Virus record (IMG/VR): IMGVR_UViG_3300027899_000012
Span: 26,243 to 90,242 of that record
Strand: one strand, 5' to 3'
Source: a virus
DNA length: 64,000 bases
Position numbers and translations under genes: made by a program. Positions 28,298-37,311 of the stretch are shown in pieces. Positions within the stretch are counted from its first letter, which is position 1, and every line of letters begins with the position of its first letter. The notes under the pieces are model-generated. The model was given only the letters and a program-made list of their open reading frames with translations, had not been told where the DNA came from and ran no database searches.

Positions 28298-28539
28298 TTG
28301 CCTTCCTCGTGGATGTTCACAACCCCGGCGTCGATGCACTTCTTGAAGGTTTCTGCGTTGATATGCACGTTGTACACCGTGCCGCCGATCTCGACGCCTG
28401 CGTAGTAGTAGGGTCGAGGCGCTCTCCCACCGACAAAGGTCACCGGAAGCAACCGAACGTGCCGGATGCTGAGCGAGAGCGAGGCTTCCTGCTCACGCAG
28501 GTGTCGAACAAGCTTTCGGAAAGAACCAGCAGCGGGCAT
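28294..28539 (-). CDS. hypothetical protein
   Basis: TACGCA-N6-ATG; coupled downstream. Confidence 0.6.
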   Translation of the reverse strand: MPAAGSFRKLVRHLREQEASLSLSIRHVRLLPVTFVGGRAPRPYYYAGVEIGGTVYNVHINAETFKKCIDAGVVNIHEEGK

Positions 28540-28559
28540 GGCCCGTGCGTATCACATGC

Positions 28560-29231
28560 TTACGGCGAGGGCAAGAGGGTCGCGACCGGCCCGGAGGGGG
28601 TGGCGGCCACTTCGATTGCGGGCGGCGCGGGCATCGGCTTGTTGTTGAGCTTCTTCGCCAACCGGATTCGCCGCTCGCTCTTGTTTCGGCCGTCTTCGCT
28701 CGTGGCGTTGCCGGCGGCGTAGATGACCAGACGGTAGTCGAGAGGCAATCCTGGGGTGGATGAGAACGAGCGTCGGGCAGCGTGGAGGGTGGCCCGGATG
28801 CACTTCTCCCGGTCCTGGACCAGGTCCCGACCGCTCCAACCTTCAGATGTGCGTTCGGCGCTGTCGTAGCCCCCTCCGGGAAGCATCTTGAGTCCCAAGT
28901 TGTGCTGGCCCATGCACCAGGATCGACCGTGGTCCTGCCATCCGGTGCCTGCGAGTCGAAGTCGGTCGATGTCCAAGTCCACGTCCCGGCGCCAGCCGGC
29001 AGACTCGTGGAAAGTGAGCGAAATCAGCAGCGAAGCAGTGAACTTCCGAGAAAGAACCGGTTCCTCCGAAGGATCCTGAACGACTCTACGAATTACCTCT
29101 GCGATTTCCGTGTACCGCTGCTTACCGTCCTCTACGCTTTCCTTGGCAGCGGTGATGAATGTGGGCCGGCCGGGAGGGGCCAACGCAACCATGGTCGTGA
29201 AGATCCATGTACTCAAGGTTGTGGGGTCCAT
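28560..29231 (-). CDS. secreted lysozyme-like/transglycosylase-fold protein (tentative)
   Basis: Hydrophobic N-terminus; FHES and DHGRSWCMGQ resemble the SLT ES and GLMQ motifs. Confidence 0.55.
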   Translation of the reverse strand: MDPTTLSTWIFTTMVALAPPGRPTFITAAKESVEDGKQRYTEIAEVIRRVVQDPSEEPVLSRKFTASLLISLTFHESAGWRRDVDLDIDRLRLAGTGWQDHGRSWCMGQHNLGLKMLPGGGYDSAERTSEGWSGRDLVQDREKCIRATLHAARRSFSSTPGLPLDYRLVIYAAGNATSEDGRNKSERRIRLAKKLNNKPMPAPPAIEVAATPSGPVATLLPSP

Positions 29232-29344
29232 GGCCGAAGTGGTGACACAGGGCCGGTCGTGAAGTCAACACGGCCCGTTCACGGTGGCGGGCGCTGGCCG
29301 GCGGCGCTCTCGTGGGAAGCAAGCGGTGCGGGTAGGATGGGTTT

Positions 29345-29797
29345 ATGGCGAGCATGGTTATTTTGCCGGTGTGGGACTCTCAGGTGGCGATGACGGGGCG
29401 CGCGGCGGGGTCGAAAGGCCCAGGTCGGGGCGGCATCTTTGGATTGGGAGCGGCCGCTCCTCTCACCCCGGCGCCTGGCCCCACGGACGTCGTGGTTGAC
29501 AGCCTCCCGGCCAACTGTCCCGACTGCCCGCCGACGATCTCGTGCGCTCCCTGCCCCCCAACATCCTGTCCGAAGCTCCCCGAAAGCCTGGCGAAGCAGG
29601 TGGGATGGCACTTCTGGGGGGACCCGGCCACCGGCAAGACCATGTGCGTCCGAACGCGCGCACCATCAGAGGCAATGGATGTCACCCCGGGATATCTCGC
29701 ATGGATCGAGGCCCACGCGATGGTTTCCGCCATCATCTTCGGCGTCGGAGTGCTCGGCATCGGAGCCTGCGTCGCTTACTCTCGCCGCCATGGTTGA
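29345..29797 (+). CDS. membrane protein with GLG motif and Cys/Pro-rich region
   Basis: GIFGLGAA; C-terminal TM then RRHG; TAGGAT-N6-ATG. Confidence 0.7.
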   Translation: MASMVILPVWDSQVAMTGRAAGSKGPGRGGIFGLGAAAPLTPAPGPTDVVVDSLPANCPDCPPTISCAPCPPTSCPKLPESLAKQVGWHFWGDPATGKTMCVRTRAPSEAMDVTPGYLAWIEAHAMVSAIIFGVGVLGIGACVAYSRRHG

Positions 29798-29822
29798 CAC
29801 GTGCTCAGCACACCGATAGCGT
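29794..29822 (+). promoter_or_regulatory. leaderless sigma70-type promoter
   Basis: TTGACA-N17-TAGCGT-N6-ATG(29829). Confidence 0.7.
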
Positions 29823-29828
29823 GTGCGC

Positions 29829-30218
29829 ATGAGCCGCCTCCCCGAATCCCTCATGGCCCTGGCCGACGTTCTCGAAGAAGCCCTACTCTTTGACCCGTGC
29901 GACTACGACGCGGCCATTGTCGGTTGTGTCGAAAACTCGAAGGGGGAGAAAGTCGTTGCCTACGACTACGAAAAGCTCGCGGAAATTACCGCGCTCATCT
30001 GCGGCGCTTCACCAGGAACCCCGGGCTGGGAAGACGCCTGCGAGGAGGCCATGCAGCACGTGGACTACAACATGGTCCGCGGAGCGATGTACATGCAGAA
30101 CAAGCGAGGCCCGGTCGTGCTCGCGAAGGTTCAGGACGAGCAGGCCCTGCTGGAGGCCGACGAGGACGACCCGACGGTGATCGTGGAGCTTGCCGGAGAG
30201 CGCTGGACGTACGCTTGA
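29829..30218 (+). CDS. conserved phage hypothetical protein
   Basis: DAAIVG...VVAYD...EA..H.DYN..GA..GP pattern recalled from phage proteins. Confidence 0.75.
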   Translation: MSRLPESLMALADVLEEALLFDPCDYDAAIVGCVENSKGEKVVAYDYEKLAEITALICGASPGTPGWEDACEEAMQHVDYNMVRGAMYMQNKRGPVVLAKVQDEQALLEADEDDPTVIVELAGERWTYA

Positions 30219-30403
30219 GCGACTGCCGAGCTTGCGAAGGGCGAGGAAAGGTCTGGGTCCGGCACTGGGACCCGTGGATCGGCCTTTGCGTGGTCTACGA
30301 GGACGTGTGCGAAGCCTGTTACGGCGCCGGAATTGACCTGGCGGACGACGATGCTTGGGAAGAAGCGGGCCTTCCGAACAAGCCAAAGCCCCGAAGCCGA
30401 TGA
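30215..30403 (+). CDS. mini DnaJ-type zinc-finger protein
   Basis: CRACEGRG and CEACYGAG; TTGA coupling. Confidence 0.6.
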   Translation: MSDCRACEGRGKVWVRHWDPWIGLCVVYEDVCEACYGAGIDLADDDAWEEAGLPNKPKPRSR

Positions 30404-30487
30404 GAGCCGCGGGCCTCAGCCCAGGCGAAGGCGAACGCCTGACGCGAAGGGAATGAGTCATCATTCTACGCGCCTACCCCTTTGCCG

Positions 30488-30931
30488 TCAACCCCCTTCG
30501 ATCCAGGCTTCGTCCAGCCAGGTGCCAACGTCCGGCAGCGGAGAGTCTCCGTCGATCGCCCACCACAGGTGCTCGACGCCTTCCTGCTCCGGGTCCTGAT
30601 CGTGCTTGCCTGCGCAGCCGTACGGCATCATCACGTGCAAAACGATCGCGTGCTCCGGGTAGAACATGCGATGGAGCAGGTTCAACTCAGAGCGCCTCAC
30701 GGGCTTGCCGTCCCGGTGGCCGACGATCAGATGCCACCACCTCTTGCCAGAAGCGTCCTGGGTGCCAACAGCGCGCGCGCACAGGCCGTCATCGCGCTCG
30801 TACATCCCCCCGTCGTGGCAGTTCTCAACCCGGGCCCAGCCCTTGGGAAGCCGAGCGGGCAGGTTAAGAAGGGCCCACGTGATGGGAACGGGCTGGTCCT
30901 TGATCATCTTCGCGAGGGTGCCAGGTCGCAT
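30488..30931 (-). CDS. phage hypothetical protein, distantly similar to 48260-48658
   Basis: WWHL...HLW pattern; leaderless promoter. Confidence 0.65.
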   Translation of the reverse strand: MRPGTLAKMIKDQPVPITWALLNLPARLPKGWARVENCHDGGMYERDDGLCARAVGTQDASGKRWWHLIVGHRDGKPVRRSELNLLHRMFYPEHAIVLHVMMPYGCAGKHDQDPEQEGVEHLWWAIDGDSPLPDVGTWLDEAWIEGG

Positions 30932-30937
30932 CCCCGG

Positions 30938-31014
30938 AAACTACGCGCGTGCGCAGCATGCGTCAAGCTCTGACAAAGCGCGATGTTGACGGCACGTCTA
31001 GCACGTGATACGCA
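30938..31014. promoter_or_regulatory. back-to-back leaderless promoters
   Basis: Minus strand TTGACG-N17-TAGTTT-N6-ATG(30931); plus strand TTGACG-N17-TACGCA-N6-ATG(31021). Confidence 0.7.
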
Positions 31015-31020
31015 CGTCTC

Positions 31021-31284
31021 ATGTCTGCAGCGACCAGCAAGAAATCGACGAAGACCCCCAAGCGCGAAACCTACGAGGCGACGGTGATGCTCAGAATCAC
31101 CAGCGAATTCACCGAGCGGTTGGACAGGGCAGCAGACTTGCTCGCGACCAAGGAGCGAGCATTCGGGCGCGCGAGGAAAGTTGGCCGGGCGACTGTTGTC
31201 TACGAAGCGATGGTGCTAGGGCTTCCATTGCTGGAAAAGGACGTGGCAACGAAGAAGGGAGCGGCCGATGACGCAGCAGAGTGA
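31021..31284 (+). CDS. ribbon-helix-helix-like DNA-binding protein (tentative)
   Basis: VMLRITSEFTERLDRAA...GRATVVYEAM matches a beta-alpha-alpha pattern. Confidence 0.55.
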   Translation: MSAATSKKSTKTPKRETYEATVMLRITSEFTERLDRAADLLATKERAFGRARKVGRATVVYEAMVLGLPLLEKDVATKKGAADDAAE

Positions 31285-31660
31285 GGAGAAGCCGGGTCTG
31301 GCGAAAGCCGGAGTGCCCGCGGAGATCGCGGAAGTGCAGTCGGAGCCCGCACCCACGATCGAAGTGGTCGATGCCCAGGAAATGCTGCTTCAACGCGTCT
31401 TGCAGCACGCTTTGAACGTCCTGGTGGCCTTCCGGATCCGCGCCATCGATCGCACCGTGTACCTGCTCAAGGACATGAGCGCCGAGGATCTAGAAACGGC
31501 CGTGTCCGTGGCCGAACTCACCAAGCTCGCGATCGAGCACAAGTGCGAGGGCATCGACCTGCTGACCAAGCCGCCCGTGGTAATCGTCACCGAGACGGCC
31601 ATCCGCGACAGGAACGACACGGTAGTGACCGGTGCAGGCGGGGTTTTCAACGATCGCTAA
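31268..31660 (+). CDS. hypothetical protein
   Basis: SD-led ORF. Confidence 0.65.
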   Translation: MTQQSEEKPGLAKAGVPAEIAEVQSEPAPTIEVVDAQEMLLQRVLQHALNVLVAFRIRAIDRTVYLLKDMSAEDLETAVSVAELTKLAIEHKCEGIDLLTKPPVVIVTETAIRDRNDTVVTGAGGVFNDR

Positions 31661-32190
31661 GAGGTCGCGGTATCCGCGGGCAATTCGTCCGCCATCTCGT
31701 ACTTCGCGAACTTCGTCTTGCTGCCCACGCGTTTGACCACTCCCATCGATTCCAGCCACTTCATCGCCATCCGAACCCGGAACCGGCTCACGCCGAAGCT
31801 CCGAAGGTGATCGTGCGCTTCGGTCAGCGAAACGGGCGCTCCGATCGAAATCATGAAATCTCGAAGCTCGGACCGGATCATGTCCGGAGACGTGTCCTGC
31901 ATGCAGGCAGGCCCGCGAGCGTCCGAGTTTCGGGCTTTGCGGAGCGACTTGGCGACGCGCGCTCGCTGGTAGCCAGGCCCTGACAGGTGATTGCCTCCCC
32001 TGCCCTCCGCCGTGATCGTGAGGCGCACGTCTCCTTCGGCGACCGGAACGGCCGACAGTCCGCGCGCGAACTCGATGTGCAGCTGCGCGTGCATGACCGC
32101 AAGAGAATCAGCCACGTCCGCGGGGTAGTATCGCTCGAATACTTCCTTGAAACCCCGCTTCAAATGCATGTGATTGATTGTGTCTGGCAC
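31657..32190 (-). CDS. protein with C-terminal winged helix-like region
   Basis: RVRMAMKWLESMGVVKRVGSKTKFAKY. Confidence 0.55.
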   Translation of the reverse strand: MPDTINHMHLKRGFKEVFERYYPADVADSLAVMHAQLHIEFARGLSAVPVAEGDVRLTITAEGRGGNHLSGPGYQRARVAKSLRKARNSDARGPACMQDTSPDMIRSELRDFMISIGAPVSLTEAHDHLRSFGVSRFRVRMAMKWLESMGVVKRVGSKTKFAKYEMADELPADTATS

Positions 32191-32226
32191 GTGCTAAGCA
32201 TCGCATGATGCTTCGCCAGGCGCAAC

Positions 32227-32937
32227 CTACCGTCGGGGTGGGCCGCCGAAAGCTTCCCAAATTCGCCCGGTGATATCCCAATGGATGTCGGCGAAGAAGA
32301 ATCCCACCGTGGCGAGGCAGAAAACGACGACGCCCGCTTGCATGCCCACTCCGACTTCTCCGCCCACGGCTGGTCGGGCCAGGCCCATGTTGGCGAACGT
32401 GTTGGCCGCGCGCACGAAGTTCGCGACGTAGTCGTTCTGGCCGTACATGCCCAGAATGCCGGGGCCCGAAGTCATACCGGTGTCCTTGCACGCGCTGCCA
32501 CCGTTGTAGGCCTTGACGCCCGAGAGAACGCATCCTCCGTGCGCGGCCGTGTTTTTCAGGATCACGTCGGCCGCATCCGGGATCTGATCGGCCGGGTTCG
32601 ACATGTAGTACGAGCAGTCGGGGTGGCCGTACATTCTGCAGGTGAAAGGCATGAACTGCATCAACCCGCACGCGCCAGCAGACGAGCACAGTTTCGGGTT
32701 GCCGCCCGTCTCGATCTTCATGATCGCGACCAGCCACGAGGTCGGGATCGAGTATTTGTCGGCGGCGGCCTGGATCGGGACGCCCCAGTCTTCCCAAATC
32801 TTCGCGATCTGCTTGCCGTGCGCTCCCGCTGCGTCCCAGGCGGGGAAGCCTGCCCCCTCCACTTCAAAGCGGCCGTCGGGCAGCCAGCGGTAGGGCACGC
32901 CGCAGGGGTTGTGCCAGGTATTCGGGGCGATGAGCAT
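32227..32937 (-). CDS. lytic transglycosylase (SLT) with C-terminal membrane anchor
   Basis: AIMKIETGG, SSAGACGLMQFMP, AYNGG; C-terminal TM. Confidence 0.9.
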   Translation of the reverse strand: MLIAPNTWHNPCGVPYRWLPDGRFEVEGAGFPAWDAAGAHGKQIAKIWEDWGVPIQAAADKYSIPTSWLVAIMKIETGGNPKLCSSAGACGLMQFMPFTCRMYGHPDCSYYMSNPADQIPDAADVILKNTAAHGGCVLSGVKAYNGGSACKDTGMTSGPGILGMYGQNDYVANFVRAANTFANMGLARPAVGGEVGVGMQAGVVVFCLATVGFFFADIHWDITGRIWEAFGGPPRR

Positions 32938-32993
32938 GTCCCCGAGGATAGCGGCGTTGTGGCGATCGCGGGAGTGCGCGTACCATGTGCACC

Positions 32994-33599
32994 ATGGAAG
33001 TGCAGTGGAAGTGGGTGATGATTGCGGGCGGCGTGATCGTGGCGGTGCCCGTGATCGCGTACCTGCTGGAACGAAACGCCCTGGCGGCACTCCCCGTTGG
33101 GGTCCCCGGCACAACCGGGGGGACAGCCAACGCGCAGTCGCAGGCGAACTTCGGGCCCCTTGAATTCGTGCCAGACCCGCAGTCGAACAACCCGGAGGCG
33201 ATCAAGATCACCAACGGCTGGGCCGAAGCGAATGTCGTGAGCGTCCCGATCCCGCAGCTGGGCAAGAACGTCGCCTGGCACCGGAAATGCGCTGACCAGC
33301 TGGTGCAGCTGTTCGACGCCTGGGAGCAGGCTGGGCTGATCGGACAGATCATCACATGGGGCGGCTCTTGGAACCCGCGCTTCGTGAGAGGTAGCCGCAC
33401 CAGTCTCTCCAACCACGCGTTCGCCACAGCATTCGACATCAACGCGCAATGGAACCCCATGGGCAGCCCGGCAGCGGCATCCGGCGAGTACGGCAGCGTG
33501 CAAGACCTCGCATTGATCGCCAAGTCTCTCGGCTGGCGCTGGGGAGGGGATTACACCGGAAGGCCCGACGGGATGCACTTCGAGCGGCTGTCCTGCTGA
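32994..33599 (+). CDS. M15-family peptidoglycan peptidase with N-terminal TM
   Basis: SNHAFATAFDIN and DGMHFE zinc-binding motifs; RWGG. Confidence 0.9.
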   Translation: MEVQWKWVMIAGGVIVAVPVIAYLLERNALAALPVGVPGTTGGTANAQSQANFGPLEFVPDPQSNNPEAIKITNGWAEANVVSVPIPQLGKNVAWHRKCADQLVQLFDAWEQAGLIGQIITWGGSWNPRFVRGSRTSLSNHAFATAFDINAQWNPMGSPAAASGEYGSVQDLALIAKSLGWRWGGDYTGRPDGMHFERLSC

Positions 33600-33600
33600 G

Positions 33601-34866
33601 CCAGATCGTTCTGGATCTTATTTATATGGCGTGGTAGACATGAGTGGTGTCGCACAGAAACATCGAGATCGCGTGGACTCCAAACGGAAAAGCCGCTTGG
33701 GCGACGTTCACGGCCAGTCGCAAGGAGGCTGCTCGTCTTTGGTGCGATCTCGTCAAGCGCCACGCGCGTCTTCGTCGGCTTAACTGGAAATGGCCGTCAC
33801 TTTCTCGCTGGCAGCGCTGGGGCAAAAAGCGGTATCCGGGATTGCTAGCGCAGAGCGTTCAACAGATCATTACGGAATTCTGCGAAGCCGTGAATTCGGC
33901 GACGCAACTGCGCAAGCGGGGTCACGCCGACGCTCGCTACCCATGTCGACTTCCGAAGTATCACGACGTCACGTACACGAATCAGGGTGCCCGCATTCGC
34001 GATGGAAATTTGTTTTTGCCAAATGGCAAGAGCGGTACGCTGCGTGTAAAGATACCCAGCACGCTAACGCTGCCGGGACGATTGATGGAAGTACAGGTGG
34101 CTTTCGGGCGAGTACTTATCTCGTGCGAGATAGCCGATGATGTGCGCCACGTCTCGGGCGTGATAGGGGTGGATCTCGGCGTGAATACGCTGATCGCGGC
34201 AGGCGACGACCAGCGCGCCGTACTGGTGAGTGGGAGAGAAGCCAAGGCCACGGTGCAGTGGCGTGCCAAGAAGCTCGCGTCGATATGGTCGGCACAATCT
34301 TCGCGAACGAAGGGCTCGCGGCGGTGGAGGCGACTGGAACGCAGAAAACATCGCATGCTCGACAAAGCGCAGTTCCGTATCCGAGACATCACGCACAAGG
34401 CGACGAGAATCGTCGCGGACGCCTTCCCGCGCGCCAGTGCAGTGGTGGGAAAGCCATTCAACGGCGCTGGCGACAAACTAGGAAAAAAACAAGCTCAGCA
34501 AGTGTCTCAGGCCTGCAACGCGAAAATAATCGCGTTGCTAGATTACAAGTGTTCGGGAGCTGTGGAAATCCCCGAGCCGTACACCTCGCAGACCTGTCCG
34601 GTATGCGGGGAGCGTCGCCGCTGTGGGCGAGTCTTTCGGTGTGCGTGCGGACTAGTGGTCCCGCGCGACGTGGTTGGTTTTACGAACATTCGACGAATCG
34701 GGTTGCGCGGGAGGATGGCCCCGTCTCCCGAGGTTGCAACAAACATCATGTTTGTGAGGCCGACTCGCAAGTATCCCGTGGCAGCACGGGTAGTTCCGGC
34801 GGAACCCCGGCAAGTAGCTCAGGCTCAAGCCTGAGAAGCCCCATCCTTCGGGATGGGGAGGTTCAC
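33601..34866 (+). mobile_element. IS200/IS605-family TnpB-only (IS1341-like) element; left end approximate
   Basis: tnpB gene; right end GAAGCCCC...hairpin...TTCAC ending at 34866; no tnpA in the window. Confidence 0.75.
33644..34834 (+). CDS. tnpB: RNA-guided endonuclease TnpB
   Basis: GVDLGVN (RuvC-I), EPYTSQTCPVCG, CACG, PRDVVGFTNI (RuvC-III). Confidence 0.92.
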   Translation: MVSHRNIEIAWTPNGKAAWATFTASRKEAARLWCDLVKRHARLRRLNWKWPSLSRWQRWGKKRYPGLLAQSVQQIITEFCEAVNSATQLRKRGHADARYPCRLPKYHDVTYTNQGARIRDGNLFLPNGKSGTLRVKIPSTLTLPGRLMEVQVAFGRVLISCEIADDVRHVSGVIGVDLGVNTLIAAGDDQRAVLVSGREAKATVQWRAKKLASIWSAQSSRTKGSRRWRRLERRKHRMLDKAQFRIRDITHKATRIVADAFPRASAVVGKPFNGAGDKLGKKQAQQVSQACNAKIIALLDYKCSGAVEIPEPYTSQTCPVCGERRRCGRVFRCACGLVVPRDVVGFTNIRRIGLRGRMAPSPEVATNIMFVRPTRKYPVAARVVPAEPRQVAQAQA

Positions 34867-34886
34867 CAGTGGGGTGGTGGTCGCGT
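34770..34886 (+). ncRNA. predicted omega/reRNA, 3-prime part, with flanking guide
   Basis: Three successive hairpins (CCCGTG/CACGGG, CTCAGGC/GCCTGAG, CCCCATCC-TTCG-GGATGGGG) before TCAC; 5-prime boundary unknown. Confidence 0.6.
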
Positions 34887-34978
34887 GGGAGGGGGATAGG
34901 GGCCAAGTTCTCGCTGGTTTAGGTCATTTCGGCTGAGCGCGGTTGTGCGCCGCTTGCCTATCGACGTACCATAGGCCC

Positions 34979-35752
34979 GTGGACTACCGCGCCTCAACCC
35001 CCTGGCTTCTCGGCGGCATCTTGATGCTCACCGGCGTCGGCATCGTGTACGCGATGCGACAAGGAGCCGGCGTGTGCAACGTCTCGGTGCGGCCGGGAGA
35101 CCGGGTGCTGCTGTTCGGTGACAGCCTGGCCGTAGGTCTCTCGGCTCCGTTCCGATCGGTCGCCAAGCAGGGAGGATGCGATTTCACTTCCCAGGCCGAA
35201 ACGAGCACGAGCATGGCGCAGTGGCTCAGCGAGCCACGCCAATCGCAGCTGCAGGCGCTGATGGCTTCTTTTCAGCCGACAGTCGTGCTGGTGAGCCTTG
35301 GGACGAACGACTCCAAGGGAAACGCGGAGACGTCGAGACTCGCCGCCCAGATCGTGCAGATCCGAGACTGGATCGCGAGCACCGGCGCCAAGCTGGTCTG
35401 GGTGCTGCCCCCGAAGCTTCCCTTCCCCGAACGCGTGAGCGCTGGCGTTCGAGCCGCAGGCATTGACGGCTTTCCGTCAGCGAACCTCCCCTTGCCCCAG
35501 GTGGACGGAATCCATCTGACGGGGCGAGGATACGCGGGGTGGGCCGAACACATCTGGGCCTTCCTCAGTTGCTCTCCCACGCCCTCGGACGCCCTGGCGG
35601 GGCTGGGCGCGGCGCTGCATCCTGTCCTGCCGTCGTTCATGGTCCCTGCGCGGCCGGCGCGAGTTCAGCAGACTACGCAGGCGCAGCAGCAGATGCAGCA
35701 GAGGTCGCGGAGCAACAAGAGAAGGCGGGGCAAGAAGCGGAGGATGGGCTAG
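34979..35752 (+). CDS. SGNH/GDSL hydrolase with N-terminal TM, GLG motif and basic tail
   Basis: FGDSL, LGTND, DGIH; TACCAT-N6-GTG. Confidence 0.9.
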   Translation: MDYRASTPWLLGGILMLTGVGIVYAMRQGAGVCNVSVRPGDRVLLFGDSLAVGLSAPFRSVAKQGGCDFTSQAETSTSMAQWLSEPRQSQLQALMASFQPTVVLVSLGTNDSKGNAETSRLAAQIVQIRDWIASTGAKLVWVLPPKLPFPERVSAGVRAAGIDGFPSANLPLPQVDGIHLTGRGYAGWAEHIWAFLSCSPTPSDALAGLGAALHPVLPSFMVPARPARVQQTTQAQQQMQQRSRSNKRRRGKKRRMG

Positions 35753-36111
35753 TACGCGCAGCCGATGCATGTCGGCGGCATGTCCAGTTGCGATCCCGAA
35801 GGACCGCCGGGCAGAAGCTTCGCGCACGAGATGGCTCCCAAGTCGTGGATGCAATCGTTGCAGTATCCCGTGGCCGGAGTGTTGCACCCTCCTTTGCAGC
35901 AGTCGGTGACCTCGGCCTGGGTAGGGCTCTCGCAGGATTGCCCCGGAGACAGGCTCAGCCCGCACTGCACGAGCTTGGTGCACAGAACGCTCATAACGTC
36001 CTCGCAAACTCCGTAAACGGTGTAGGTGTTTGCGGCCGGTTTGGGGCTCGAATCAGAAGATGAGCACGCTGAAAGAGCAGCGAGCATCGAAATTAGAATC
36101 GACAGTTTCAT
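35749..36111 (-). CDS. Cys-rich lipoprotein
   Basis: Lipobox LSAC followed by a Ser-rich linker and many Cys. Confidence 0.75.
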   Translation of the reverse strand: MKLSILISMLAALSACSSSDSSPKPAANTYTVYGVCEDVMSVLCTKLVQCGLSLSPGQSCESPTQAEVTDCCKGGCNTPATGYCNDCIHDLGAISCAKLLPGGPSGSQLDMPPTCIGCAY

Positions 36112-36134
36112 GGGTGTCCGACTTTCTGTTGCAC

Positions 36135-36527
36135 TCACGCCTTCGCTCCGGGCTTGCCGCCGGTTAGAGTTGCTTCCATGGCCGAAATGAACGATCCGAA
36201 CGCCGGCCCTCCCGGGTCGAGACCGTAGAGCTTGAACAGGGCGCGGAGGTCGTTAGCGAGCCGCGCTTCCCAACCCGGGGTGCCGAGATGCTTCTCCGGT
36301 GCGGCAGGCATAGGGAAGATGATCTTGTTCTTGCCGTTGAGTGTGCACCCCCAGCAAGTTCCGTGTTTCTCGTGATGCGCGTACACAGTATCAAACATGG
36401 CCCCAACCCTCCCGGTGCCAGGGCAGTGGTTTTCCTCGATGTCCTCCTGCGCGCTGTACCCACCTTCTTCGTCGTCGGGGACTTCCACTTCAATCTCGTA
36501 CGTGCATCGAACTCGAACCTTTCTCAC
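36135..36527 (-). CDS. hypothetical protein
   Basis: GTGA-coupled with GGAGG SD; HCPGTG. Confidence 0.65.
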   Translation of the reverse strand: MRKVRVRCTYEIEVEVPDDEEGGYSAQEDIEENHCPGTGRVGAMFDTVYAHHEKHGTCWGCTLNGKNKIIFPMPAAPEKHLGTPGWEARLANDLRALFKLYGLDPGGPAFGSFISAMEATLTGGKPGAKA

Positions 36528-37309
36528 TTTGCACCTCCGCCCTTGGCCGCAGCTTCCGCCCTTCGAGCGGCCACGGCCTCGTCGTGCTTGATCTGCGCTT
36601 GCCTCATCGCAGGCAGCACTTCTTCGAGCCTGTGAGGCAGCTTCGGTGCCATGGCGAGAAGGATGCGACCGGCCGCGTAGGCGTCGCCCTTGGCCCGGTG
36701 CTTGTGCCAGTCGCCGACCCCCCACCTCTCTGCTACCGAGGCCAATCCCCTTCCCTTTGCGCTCGGATTGAGCACGATGTCGAGCGCCATCGTGTCCAGA
36801 ATCACCTTGTGCTCGCTTTCGATTTCGTCGAGGGAAGCTTCGGAAGGCTTGATCGTGCCGGCAGCGAGGCACCTGGTGATCTCGACTTGAAGCATGCGCT
36901 GGTCAAATCGAGCGTTGTGGGCCACGCGAACGGCCGCCTGGTGAAAGACGTGCCTCACGAGCCAGAAATTCTGGGCAAATGTTGGCGCTGTTGCGATGTC
37001 GGCGACAGTCAAACCGTTGACCCCAAGCGCCTCCACAACCCGGGCGTCGGTCGTGTCTATCGAGCCGGGGTTCACGAAGAACGCCCAGTCAACGACCTTG
37101 ACGCCATCCTCCCAAAGTACGGCACCGAATTCAAGGATGCGAGCGTCGTCGTCCGTTCCGGTGGTCTCGGTGTCGAACGCGACGATCCTGTGCGCCCACG
37201 AGGGCAAGACGACCGGCGCGGGCGGGGGCTTGGGCGGAGGGGGTTTGGCCGCTGGCAGCTTCGCGCCCTCGTCTGGCGGCATGATGAAGTCGTCGTTGGG
37301 ATCGCTCAT
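36524..37309 (-). CDS. DEDDh 3'-5' exonuclease (DnaQ-like)
   Basis: FDTETTG, AHNARFD, LDT, HRAKGDA. Confidence 0.92.
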   Translation of the reverse strand: MSDPNDDFIMPPDEGAKLPAAKPPPPKPPPAPVVLPSWAHRIVAFDTETTGTDDDARILEFGAVLWEDGVKVVDWAFFVNPGSIDTTDARVVEALGVNGLTVADIATAPTFAQNFWLVRHVFHQAAVRVAHNARFDQRMLQVEITRCLAAGTIKPSEASLDEIESEHKVILDTMALDIVLNPSAKGRGLASVAERWGVGDWHKHRAKGDAYAAGRILLAMAPKLPHRLEEVLPAMRQAQIKHDEAVAARRAEAAAKGGGAK

Positions 37310-37311
37310 GG

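Noticed and set aside
34867-34886. TnpB guide targeting a site within this window
   Set aside because: Only a short 8-nt match was noticed (near 60262), which is not significant by eye.
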